A DNA stretch of 64,000 nt from Octopus sinensis (lineage: Eukaryota), in the NCBI RefSeq assembly GCF_006345805.1, contig NC_042999.1:140492001-140556000 (forward strand), written 5' to 3'. A model generated the notes under the pieces. That model saw only the letters and a program-made list of their open reading frames with translations. It did no database searches and was not told the DNA's origin. The position numbers were made by a program, and so were the translations under genes. Below, one piece after another: positions 39,515 to 53,785 of this stretch (within the stretch, counting starts at the first letter, position 1; each line of letters starts with the position of its first letter).

Positions 39515-41274
39515 ATGTTATCTATATTACATTATGGAGTAGAGATAACTGTCATTTAATGGGGTACAAACAACCCTACATCTAATGTACTTTGTTTAGG
39601 GTTTGGTGAATGAAGAAGATGTGGAGTCATGGATATGACAATCTCTGTGGTGCTGATGTCTCAATCAAATAACCCAGTACACTCTGAAAAGTCACTGGTA
39701 ATAGTAAGGGCATCTAGTCAGGGGAAGCAAGTATAAAGTGAAGTATACAAGTTAGATACGGTTCTTTGACTTATCTATGAGAACAATAACTTCAAATAAT
39801 TGGTCATTAAGGTCTGACCTTAATGACCAATTGAACCCATGCAAACATGAAGGAAGCCAACCATAGAACCATAAGAGTCACACACACACACACACACACG
39901 TATGTAGAAGGCACCTACAAATATGTTGAAAAAGAATCACAAAATTCTTTTTAGTTAGGAGTAATTTCCTTGATATTATAGATAATTTTCTTAATTTTAT
40001 AAAATATCCATTTAACTTACTGCACATACAGAAAGATAGTACGGAGTTAATGGAAATTAATTTCAGTTTTCAGTATTATTTAACTGAAAGTAATTTCTAA
40101 TCCTAAGTATGAACTTGGTTTAACTGTAACATTTCCATTGGAGATATTTAGGTGAGCTAATCTAAGACGTTTCTAATGTTTTTCCAAAGGATTTGGAGCA
40201 TTTCAGTAAAAAGAGAGAAACTGCTGACACTTAATAATCTATTCATCTATTCAGTTGTGATTTAGCTAATTATGTGATTTTATTTGTTTGATATACCTAT
40301 TTTTTATAATTATGAATATTCTTTATTATTACAACACATTGCTATTATGTGCTAAATATCTTTATCAACAATTTCATATTTGGGTCATCATAATTTGAAG
40401 CATATTACAATTAAAAGGTAAACTATAATTAATGATTCATTTTAGCTGTGCACAAAACAAATGATTTGCTGGAAAAATAACAGTTGATTAAGTTGATCAC
40501 ATTAATAAGAATTTTTGTTTTATTAATTCTACAATGATAAAAAAATCAATGCTGCTAGAGTGTGAACTCAGAAAAATGAGATACTGAATTAATCACAATA
40601 ACCCATCCAATCCAGCACCCTACAACCTCAGCTGTCTCCAGAAAAACAGTACAGTGTTGAACAAATAAACGGAAATGGCAGAAAAGTCTTTATAACAGGA
40701 CATACTTTATCAAGAAGAGATAGTAGGAAAACAGACAAAAATGGGTAAAATGATGACATGGAGATATGAATTGTTGTAAACAAGCAAAAGAATGAAATAG
40801 GAAAGTTGTTAGTGATGACTGACCAATAACTGATGTCACAAGGTAAAAGTCAGTCAACATGAAAACAACAAACCCATATTTAACAAAGATTTCACAGATG
40901 CTTCATAATTTCATTTTAAGGTCTACAACTATTTCCATGGTTGAAATACAAACACCACTATCCATATAATTACATTATTAATTTATATAAAAGTATACAA
41001 TTAATTAATTAGGTATGTGTGTGTGTGCTTGTGTCTCTTTGTTTTAACATCATGCAATAGTTGTAAACGAACATTACCACCATACAAGTAGTGTTCTACA
41101 TTTGCAGTCCTCTGTGAAATCATGTCTAGTCATAAGAGAGTATTACCTAACTTGGAAATAGGTGAAGGTTAGTGATAGGAAGAGCATCAGGCCATAGAAA
41201 ATTTGCTTCAACACACTTTATCTGACTTATGCAAGCAAGGAAAAGTGGACATTGAAACAATGATATATATATTA

Positions 41275-41690
41275 GGCACAGATGTGGCTGTGAGGCAGAC
41301 ACAGGCAGAGCTGTGTGATAAGAAGTTTGTTTCACAACCACATGGCTCTAAGTTCAGTTTCACTGCATGGCACCGTAGATAAATGTCTTCTACTATAGCC
41401 TCAGGCCAATCAAAGCCTTGTGAGTAGATCTGGTAGGCAAAGACTGAAAGAAGCCCATCATATGTGTGTGTGTGTGTTTGTGCATATGTCTTTGTGTCTG
41501 TACTCCACCACCACCACTTGACAACCAATGTTGGTGTGTTTATGCACTCATAACTTAGCAGTTCGGCAAAAGATACTGATAGAATAAGTACTAGGCCTTA
41601 AGAAAATATTTCTGGGATCGATTCATTCAACTAAAAAGCCTCAAGACAGTGTCCCAGCATGGCTGCAGTCAAATGACTATAAAGATATAA
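41275..41690 (+). mobile_element. tRNA-derived SINE (same family as 31259-31658)
   Basis: tgtcttctactatagcc...aaagccttgtgagt...actgaaagaagcc core and tail cccagcatggctgcagtcaaatgac. Confidence 0.8.
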
Positions 41691-41743
41691 AGATATATAT
41701 ATATATATACATATACATATACATATATATATATATATATATA

Positions 41744-42127
41744 GTGGAGTGCAATGGCCCAGTGGCTAGGGCAGCGGACTCATGGATGTAGGATTGCTGT
41801 TTCAATTCCCAGACCAGGCACTGTGAGTGTTTATTGAGCGAGAACACCTAAAGCTCCACAAGATTCCAGCAGGGGAGGGTGGCGAACTCTGCTGTACTCT
41901 TTCACCACAACTTTCTCTCACTCTTTCTTCCTGTTTCTCTTGTACCTGTATTTCAAAGGGCCAGCCTTGTCACACTGTGTCACGTTGAATCTCCCCCAAG
42001 AACTACATTAAGGGTACACAGGTCTGTGGAGAGCTCAGCCACTTGCAAGTTAATTTCATGAACAGGCTGTTCCGTTGATTTGATCAATTGGAACCCTCGT
42101 TGTTGTAACTGACAGAGTGCCACGACA
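41744..42127 (+). mobile_element. tRNA-derived SINE inserted in (TA)n
   Basis: Head homologous to the 24906 copy. Tail homologous to the 39235 copy. Confidence 0.85.
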
Positions 42128-42340
42128 ATATATATATATATCAATGCTTTTTAATGTTTCTCTGTCAGTAATATAAACACTTTAAACTGAAATATTCTCA
42201 ATACTTTTCTTCAGAGTACATGTTTATTAACTTTAAAATCACTGCCAACCTTTCCCTTACAAAAGTTAATATTTATATATTTTTATTTATATACTTTTGG
42301 GTTTCCCCATGACTAGCAAGTTCATTATAATCATTATTGT

Positions 42341-42706
42341 TTATTACTTCCGCTTTAGCAAAGTTAAGAGGTATTGTTTTCAGTCGTGTTTGTTTGTCTG
42401 TGGACAAGATATGTCAAAAACCACTGGATGGATTTGGATGAAAATTTCAGGGATGTTTGGGCTCATGATTGACATGAACTGATTAGATTTTGGAATCAAT
42501 CTGGGACTGAACAAGGATTCTGGATTATTTTTCCTGTTTTTTTACTTAAATTTTGAGAACAGTCAGGTTCATTTTTAGTATTCTTGTTTGTGAGAGCAGT
42601 TGAGTTTATTTCAGATATACTTATTTTAAAAATCATCTCCAGCTAATCATTGAGAGGACATTGGTGTTGCCTTGGCAGAGGTTTGTGTTCTCTGAGAGCT
42701 CTTATT
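42341..42706 (+). mobile_element. Helentron-associated (DINE-1/HINE-like) element
   Basis: T-rich termini, 5' ttattacttccgct, gtttgtttgtct microsatellite, 3' cttggcagaggtttgtgttctctgagagctcttatt with a degenerate subterminal IR. Confidence 0.6.
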
Positions 42707-43448
42707 TTTTTCACAACAGTCATTATTTGTACTTTGTCTGAGTATGATTCTTTTATATATAAGGGCAATACTTACTTTTATATTTCAATATTTTTCATCT
42801 GATGAAAATGGTCTGCACATCAGATACATATATTGGTATCATCATCGTTTTAACATTCACTTTTCCATGCTTGCACAGGCCACACTAGAGTACACAGAGT
42901 CTGTTTTATGAGTGGATCAGCTCCTGTCACTAGACCCTCACCAGATTCCATGTGAAGTAATAATTTCCCAATCTATCAAACAACAAACATCCCAGACATG
43001 TTTTTTATCCAACCAAGAGGAAACAAAGGACACTATTTTAATGAGTCTTTTGTTTACAAAAATCATACAAGACATGTCAAGAAACCCAAATATTTTTTTG
43101 GTGATGGACTGCAAGGAGGAAGCCATTGTTAACAAACCAGCAGAGATGAGTGCAGCAGAAACCAGCAGAATATGAACTCATCCACACAAGCACACACAAA
43201 AGGTTTCTTTAGTTTCTATCAACCAAATCCACTCATAAGGCTTCGGTCAGTATGAGGCCACAGTAAAAGTCACATGCTCAAGGTGCCACACAGTGGGAAT
43301 AAACCTGGAATCACATGGTTGGGAATTAAACTTCTCAGCCACACACCCATACCTGCACTTAATATCTACCTCTGTGTGTGTGTATTAGTATATCTATGTA
43401 GATATATGTATGCATGTATGAATTTTCCCATACATGAAGGTTGAGAAG

Positions 43449-44200
43449 TATGTTTTTGGATGTGTGTGGATCTAGATACCTTGTTATGTATGCTTTTATA
43501 TGTCGGATTGTACTACTGTGTGCATCAGTGCACATAGGCCTGTATACTGAACTTGGGTTCTCTTCTTTGACATACATGTATATAAGGATGGTCCTGAGTG
43601 CATATCATTAACAGGTACAGTGACAGCACCAACTGAGTTACATGAATCACCCATTTTCTCAAGATCCTAGGAATCAATGGATACCTGCCATCTGTTACCA
43701 ACACTCTACACAGATACCAACCAAATAAACATTGCAGGAGGAATCTCTCTAACACGTGTTTTCCAAGGATAACTCACTTCAACAAGAGGACCATCACAGC
43801 TATCATTAAAGTCAACCACAAGGAAAGTTTTTACATCTTATTAGCCCACTCAGGCCCTTCCCTATGTAGACACTTGTCAATGAAGAGAACCCACGTGGAA
43901 CAACAACCCTACACATTAGTGAACTGTCCCATTTATGACAAGAGCAAGAGTCAGAGAACATATGTGATCTACCAGTTACAGAGTTCCTAATGTGCCACCT
44001 ATTACATTGGTAGCATGATCTGATCACTCCACATATGGCTGAAGGAACATTTGACAACACATGTCTTCCTTTCATGAACACATCCTGAAATGTGGCAACA
44101 CTACTACCAAGATGGATGCTTCCATTGGTCACTGAGAGTAATATTAGAAACCTCCATATCAAGGAATCCTTAATGATCCACTGATTTAACCTAAATGTTA
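43449..44200 (+). mobile_element. Degenerate Penelope-like element (RT C-terminus plus GIY-YIG)
   Basis: FLDV near 43452, KILGINGY near 43660-43684, YVIYQLQSS*CATYYIGSMI*SLHIWLKEH near 43960-44050, NLHIKESLMI near 44150. Multiple stops. Confidence 0.75.
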
Positions 44201-44619
44201 ACAATTGATCAAATATTCATGCACACACACATTTTTATTTATATACATACAAAGCAATGTAGGGCTTTCTCTATGAATATATACACACACACACACAAAT
44301 AACTGGCACAGGTATGACTGTGCCGATACAAAGTTTGTCTTGTAACTGCATAGATTTGTGTTCCATCATGTACATGGAACTTTGGGCAAGTGTCTTCTTG
44401 CTCAAGTGTCTACATACAGGCTGAGCAATACCTTGTGAAAAAAAATATGGTAGACAAAAACTGTATGGAAGTCTACTTTATGTACCTGAGTGTGTTTGTG
44501 TGTACATCTATTATGCATATTAAGTGTGCATCTTCCTATTTATTTCAACTTCTGAAACATTAAACTAATTCACACTTCTGTTTTTTTAATGTTTTTCGGC
44601 CTTTAAATCATCTCTCTCT

Positions 44620-45905
<1,286 letters not shown>

Positions 45906-46325
45906 ATGTGGAGAGAGATTAATTTTTGCATCATTTTAAACTCATATCTCTGAAATCTCTCAGCTCCTCACCCACATGTCTCATAGCATCCAAACTTTAT
46001 TTTGGTATTAACTCCATTGTCTTCTATCTGAAATGACAACTACCATCCAATTTGAAGACCATTACCATTTTTTGACCCCCTACCCCTCAATAATATAGAT
46101 AGATACTAATGCTGACATTTGACTGCAGTTTGAACAAACCACCACAGCAATAATTCAAATTCACAATTGACAACTTCCAATTAATATTAGATTCTACACA
46201 TATGTTCATACCTTTTACAGCCAATGTTCAACAATGTTATATATTTAAAAATATTTATCTTATATCTATCTGTCTACACACACACAGACACATATAAATA
46301 TATATATATATATATACACACACAC

Positions 46326-46402
<77 letters not shown>

Positions 46403-47078
46403 CATACATATATACATATACATACATATATGTATGTATGTATATATATATGCACACACACACAGATTTATATAAAGAAGGCATTAAGAAACTTCGGAAA
46501 ACACAAGAAGGAAAAACAGTGGCATCCTTAAAAAAAACAAAACATATACCATCCCCACTCATTTCTGCATTATTAGATACAGAATGTTAATTTTGTTTGA
46601 GAGACCAATGTGAAAAGCAAAAGATATTGTTAGGAAGAAAAATTATAGTTTGGTTTTGGAAAAGAACAGAATTGAAAAAAAAATTATTATGATTATTATT
46701 GTTATTATTTTCATTATTATGATTATTATTGATTCAAAAAAAAAAAAAACGTTTAATGGAAAGAAAAAAATCCTAACTACAGCGCAAACCTCATGTTCGA
46801 AGGATGTTATATACTGGGATAAGAGTTATTAACACAGTTAGAGAACCAAGTGAGATTTGGGTCAGTTACAGGTAAGTGATTTTGGAAGAAATGATCAGGA
46901 AGAGAGTACTTGCCGAATTATCCAGAGAGAGCTACCACAGAAAATATAGAAAAATGACTTCATGTAAATATCATCTGTCACATTGATGAAGATGACAATC
47001 GAAATAGATATAAGATGCATATATCAATATTACTGTGTGTAACATGTGTATATATGCATGTATGTATGCATGTGTTTG

Positions 47079-47171
<93 letters not shown>

Positions 47172-48750
47172 TAATGTTTTGGAGAAAATTGAGGACTGTG
47201 ACCATTAGCTCAGAATGCAATGATATATTAGTAAAAATGATGAAAAAGAAAGAAAAAAGTACAAGAGAGAATTAAAAAGACATAAAAAAAGATGAAAAAT
47301 CTTTTATGAAAGAAAATAGAATAAGAAAATTGAAAGAAGTATTAAAGAGCAAATAAATTCATTGTTGAGGAATACTTTTGCATATTTTGAGAAATTCTCC
47401 ATGTTAGGCTGTAACTTGACTCCAGTGAAGTTTAGACATTTTTTTTTACCAAGCAGAAGAATTCAAGTGAAAAGGAAGAATTGAAATAAAAAGAAACAGT
47501 AAAAGAAAATAAAGTCTTAAGAGAAAAGCTGCAGAATAAATAGGCAAGTTCAACAAAATAATAGAAGAAAAAACATAAAAAGAAGTAAAGAGGAGAAAAG
47601 TAATTATTTTCTTTCATTCATTAATGTTGCATACAGATGTGTGTGTGTGAGTGTGTGTGTGTGTGTGTGTGCGTCTGTGTGTGCTTGCACGTGTATGCAT
47701 TGAATGCATTTACATTTCTGCGTCTATGTACTTACATTGGTTTATTTGTATATATGTTTGTATGGGAGATTTCATGCATATGTTTATAAATGTGCATAGT
47801 TGCATATGTGTTTTGATATATGCATATGTGTATAAATATGTGTGCATTAATTTAAACATATATATAGAAAAATATATATTTAAGTGCGGCATGCTATATG
47901 CATGCCTATCATATCCACACACATGTGAATCTAATTATGATATTTTTATTTGCCAGCATGTATATGTTTGTGTGTGAGAGCTGTGTGTATGAGTACAGCA
48001 TCTTAAAAGCAGTTTGTAAAAGCAGAATAGTAAATAAAATAAAGAAGCAAAAAATAAATAAAATAAATACAAATAAAAAATATAAAAGAAAGTGAAAAAA
48101 AAAAGAAAAAGTTAACTTTGATATTAGGCTGGTGGAAGGTAGTATTGGTAGAGTGTGGTGACTATGACCCACAGGCCACTGGCTGGAACCAGTGAAAGAG
48201 TAATAGTATAAATTAGAAATTAAAAATATAAACAAATAAAATTAAAATAAACAGAAGATATCTGAAAATAAAAGCAACAAAAGAAATAAAAAAGAGCAGG
48301 AAAGATAAAGAGCATAGGTTGGTGAAATGGTCAAATTTAGACAGATCCAACTATTGAAGAATGTTTGATAGTTTGAAAAAGAAAACATGAAAAATAATGA
48401 TGATGATGATGATTCATGTGGATATCTAAGGGTACTGGTAGTAACCTGTTACCCACATAAATTCTAACAGGAACAAGACCAATCCCAAGTCAAGCTGAAT
48501 AATAATAATAATAATAATGATAATGATGATCCTTTCTATTATAGGCACAAGGCCTAAAATTTTCGAGGAGAAGTCTAGTTGATTACATCAACCCCAGTGA
48601 TTGACTGGTACTTACTTCACTGACCCTGAAAGGATGAAAGGCAAAGTCAACCTTCATGGCATTTGAACTCAAAATGTAAAGATGGGCAAAATGCTACAAA
48701 GCATTTTGTCCAGTATGCTAACAATTCTGCCAACTCACAGCCTTAGTATT

Positions 48751-48784
<34 letters not shown>

Positions 48785-49881
48785 TAAATAATGTTATCAA
48801 AGGGTATAAAATAATAACTAGTTTTGCATGAGTGAATATTAATTAGAAATCAACATCATAGGTTATTGGATGGCAGAATCAATAACATGTCAGACAGTAA
48901 TACCTTGTGGTATTTAGTTACAGTTCTTTATGTTCTGAGTTCAAATCCCATCTAGTCTGACTTTGTCTTTCATTTCTCCAAGGTTGATAAAAAATTACCT
49001 GTTAGAGTACCAGACAAAACACCTTGCAATATTTAGTTATGTTCCTTTATATTCTGAGAGCTAATATTTGGCAAAATGAGTGATGAGCATTATAAGAAGA
49101 ATGACCAAGGTATTGAATTACTTATTCTTGGCAAAATGGATAGGAAACAGATGACCCCCACCCCCCAATGAAGGCATTAAGGCAACAAATTTTATGACAA
49201 CTGTACTCAACAGATACTTTATTAATCTCCAGAAAGATCACAAGTAAAGTTGAGCAGGATATGAACTCAGAACATACAGTGATGTAATTAAATATTGTCA
49301 GGTATTTTCTTGTAGGCCTTACTGTCTTTTTTAATTCGGCACAATATCACAAATCAGGAGTAAGGAAAAGATGATTAAATCAATTGCAGTACTTGACTGG
49401 TAACTATTTTATAGACTTCAAAAGGATGAATTTAACTCAGAATGCAAACATTGCAAGGCACATTTCTGGAATTCTAGCAATTCTGCAACTCCACTGCTCT
49501 ACTACTGTTAATAATAATGATTTCTAATAAAAGCAAAAAGGCCTTAAGTCTGAGGAAAAAGGTTAGTCAATTAAACTGCCCTCAGTACTTAACTAGTACT
49601 TATTTCATCAACCCAAATGAAAGGTAAAATTGATCACGGAAGGATTAATTATAATAATACACTGCTCATAGTCAAAATTTTACACATGCATACATATGCA
49701 TGTATGTATGTGTGCATGTATGTGTATATGCATATTTTATATATATATACGCACATACATACATGCATGTACATATATATACACACACACATATATATAA
49801 ATTGTAGCATGACTTTTCACCCAATGACATTTTGTAGAAACAACTTTTAACAGAATATTTTTGTAAATGTATTTCCATTAA

Positions 49882-50082
49882 CCCTTTTGTTACCATAATT
49901 CTGTTGAGATGCTCTGTTTCTTTCAATTAATTTTAAGTATAACAGAGAACTTAGTAAAATAAGTGTTTAGAACATAAATTGTGACTAAGGTTTGGTGGAA
50001 GATTTTAATTCAGAACTTTTGAAAACAAGACAATTGTACTACAGAGTCAGAGGTAGTTTCAGTCAGTTTGGTATCAAAAGGG
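49882..50082. mobile_element. piggyBac-type MITE
   Basis: TTAA|cccttttgttacca ... tggtatcaaaaggg|TTAA. 14-bp TIR (13/14), 201 bp long. Confidence 0.8.
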
Positions 50083-50688
50083 TTAAACAACTGAAACAGC
50101 TTTTTACTAAATCAAAAGGTTAAGGTTAAGATTAAAGTTGTAGTCAGTCAGTTGGTTTTGAAATTCATATCAGCTATGAGAGAAGTAATCTGTGCTGAGC
50201 AGCCATGAGTAGACCTTGAAAATTTTGAACTATGTTGCCTGATTCGTTGATCTGAGGTTTTAATATCCCTAATATAATATTAAACAATCATCTCAAAAAG
50301 AAAAAAATCTACAAAATTATTCTATGGAAAGTTGTTTTGATAAAATTTCATTCAATAAAAGTCATTGAATGAAAAATTGTAGCTATATATATAATATCAT
50401 TTAATGATGGCAATATTAACAAATGATGGCCATGACTCTGGGTTTCATGCAAAAGTAATAATGTATCACATAATGCACCTCAAATGTAGCCATCTGATGA
50501 GTGTGACATATAGTTACTTTTATATGAAACTGTGAGTCATGATCATTGTTTGTTAGTATGATAATCATGAAACTACATTATATATCTTCACTATATTCAT
50601 AGTCGAGCACTATTTGGTTTTTAATTAAGAACTGCAACTGAGCATGTGTGTGTGTATGTAAGTATGCATGCATGTATATATAGATATA

Positions 50689-50772
<84 letters not shown>

Positions 50773-50841
50773 CACACACACATACATACATACATACATG
50801 TATATGTAGGTATGCATATATATATATTTATTTACACGTGT

Positions 50842-50888
<47 letters not shown>

Positions 50889-52039
50889 TACATATATGCA
50901 CACATATGTATGTGTAGCAGCAACTCTTGGTGGAACTGAATCTATAAATTTGAAGCAAAGAAATTAGAAATAAAGAAAACAGTAAAAGAGAAGGAAAAGA
51001 GAGTCTGAAATAGAAGTGAATGTATTTAGATGTAGTGAATATGACAGTACAGAGAAATAACAGATTAGAGAGTGATATAATTGAGTATAGGCTATTGTAT
51101 ATAGAAGCCCTATATAATAAAATGATCTTTAGAATTAAGTTCAATGTCTACAAATGAGTGCAAAGAGAAAGCAAGGCAAAGAAAAGTAAACAAAAATGGG
51201 GAGAAAGAGAAGAAACAAATTTAGTTGGAAAAGAAAAATTAAGAATAAAAGGCTTATTCAAGTTGAATAGCCAGAACTGAGTGACCCAGAATAATAATAA
51301 TAATAATAATAACGATAATGATAATAATAATAATAATGATAATTATAATAATAATAATAATAATAATAATGATAGAAGATGATGATGATGTTAATGATGA
51401 TTAATGTAGACTTATAAGCTATGATATACTCATTATGCTTTTATTCATGTTCTTGTTTATCACCTTGAAGTTTAATTATTATTAATCATGTTTTTAAATT
51501 TATAACCTGCAACTTTCTTATTTCCATTTTAAAATCTTGGTCCCTTGGTAGTTCCTCAAATTTTTTCACTTTAGTATTTTTATTAGAAGGAATTGAGATT
51601 TCTATCAGGGTTCATACATTTTTATTCCTGCCATTAATAGTTATTACAGCTTGAGGTTTTGTTTTGATCGCTCTGTCATTTGTGAATACTTAGGCAAGTA
51701 GGGTAAAGGGTCTTATACAAGGATAAAATGCTATGGTTTTCAGAGAACCATTCATCAAATGAGCTGTGTTTAATAATAATTTGATTTAGGTGTAAAACCA
51801 GCAACTTTGAAGGAAGAGGGTTACACAATACCATTGACCTAAGTACTAGGCAGATACATTATTTTATTGACTCTGGGTATAAAAGACAAAATTTACCTCA
51901 GCAGGATTTCAACTCAGAATGCAAAGAGCCAAAACAAATGTGCTTCCCTCAATGTTCTAATGATTCTGCTAATTTACAGTTAATAATAATAATAGTACTA
52001 TTATTACAACTACTAATAGTAATTTCTTGTCTTTGCCAC

Positions 52040-52670
52040 TGGGGCATTCAAAGGTAGGAGGATTACATAAAATTAGTGAGAAGGAAAAGGAAAGGGGTAG
52101 GGATAATTGATGAGAAAAATATACATTGTATACAAAATTAATAAATACATGGTTGATATAATTCTCCTGATACAAGGAGGGCTTGTATCAATCAAGCTAG
52201 GGTCAATCAAGAAATCCCACAGATACAAGATCACCTTGACCACCAAGAGCATGAGCCTTCACCAAAATACTGTTCTCCAATTCACAAGTTACCCACTTTT
52301 TGACAAACCTGCTTCTCCTTCCAAGTGAAACTTTAAAAAGCTGATGAGGGCTTAACTGAAGAGAAAGATTCTATCCTCAATCCTTTCAGCCTCATCCACC
52401 ACACAACCTCTTTTATCATAGCCTCAGTAAAGAAGGGTGGTAGGCTGATCCTCAAAATGAACATGGCAAATAAATGTGAGACAATCTTCATTATAACTCT
52501 ACAAGTTAGTAAAGCTTCAACACTACATGACTGCATACAGTACTGTTACATCATGCATCAATATATTTCTAATACTTGATATCAGTGAGAACCTCACAAG
52601 AAACTCAACAACTTGGGGGTACATTACCAAAGCATTAATCACTGTTTCAAATAACTCACCACAACTCAGG
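52040..52670 (+). mobile_element. Possible highly degenerate CR1-like RT fragment
   Basis: EPHKKLNNLGVH-like remnant near 52590-52625. Otherwise weak. Confidence 0.3.
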
Positions 52671-52677
52671 GCCTCAG

Positions 52678-53037
52678 ATTGGTTCGCGTGCCAGTGGCAT
52701 GTAAAAAGTACCATTCAAGCGTGATCGTTGCCAGTGTTGCCTTACTGGCACGTGGAAAACAATATTCGAGCATGGTTGTTGCCAGTGCCGCCAGACTGGC
52801 TCCTGTGCAGGTAGCACGTAAAAAACACCCTCGAGCATGGTCATTGCCAGAACCACCTGACTGGCCCCCATGCCGGTGGCATGTAAAAGCACCTACTACA
52901 CTCATGGAGTGGTTAGCATTAGGAAGGGCATCCAGATCAGATTGAGCCCAGTGCAGCTTTCTGGCTCACCAGTCCTCAGTCAAACTGTCCAACCCATGTC
53001 GGATTGGAAAGCGGATGTTAAATGACGATGATGATGA
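52678..53037 (+). mobile_element. (GAT)n-tailed SINE with tandem modules
   Basis: Same family as 1371-2524. Confidence 0.8.
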
Positions 53038-53785
53038 ACTTAGACACTTCTATCTGCAATGATAGATCTTGCAGATTATTTAGGAGCCTGGTACCCAATG
53101 GCCATTAGAAAAGCATTTGCAGGCCTTTCTTTATCACATCTAATTTATCTCTTAGAACATCATTCTTCACTGTAGTGTGTGTGAAGTGTGGTGTGATGTG
53201 ATGTGGTGTGGGTTGTGTGTGTGTGTGTATTAGCTTGCACACACAGAGAAATTTATTTGAAGAAAATTTGGTCTTTTCTGGGTTAATAATCTCTGCTTTT
53301 GTATTTTGTATTTCTATTGATAAAAAACTTTTGATATATCTTTTATCTAAATAATAGGCCTTTCTATTATAGGTACAAAGCCTTAAATTTTGTAGCAGGG
53401 GACTAGCTGATTACATCAACCCCAGTGCTCAACTGGTATTATTTCATTGATGCCAGTCACAACTGGTATCATTTAATTGACCCCAAAAGGATGAAAGGCA
53501 AATTTGGCTGTGGTGGAATTTGAACCCAGAAATTAAAGAGCTGAAAGAAATGCTTTTAAGCATTTTGTCCAACTTGTAAATGATTCTACAAGCTCAATTT
53601 CTTTAAAAGTAAGTATTATCTAGGAGTTCTAAGACTCATAGGGCCAGTTACATTGTTTCCATAGCATATAAATGACCAAGATCACAAAATTCTTCCTGAA
53701 TAGGATGCCAGTCCATCAAAAGGTTATTCAGTGGCAGCTGAGTGAACTGGAGCAATATGAATACAATGCTCAAGAATACAGCTGA

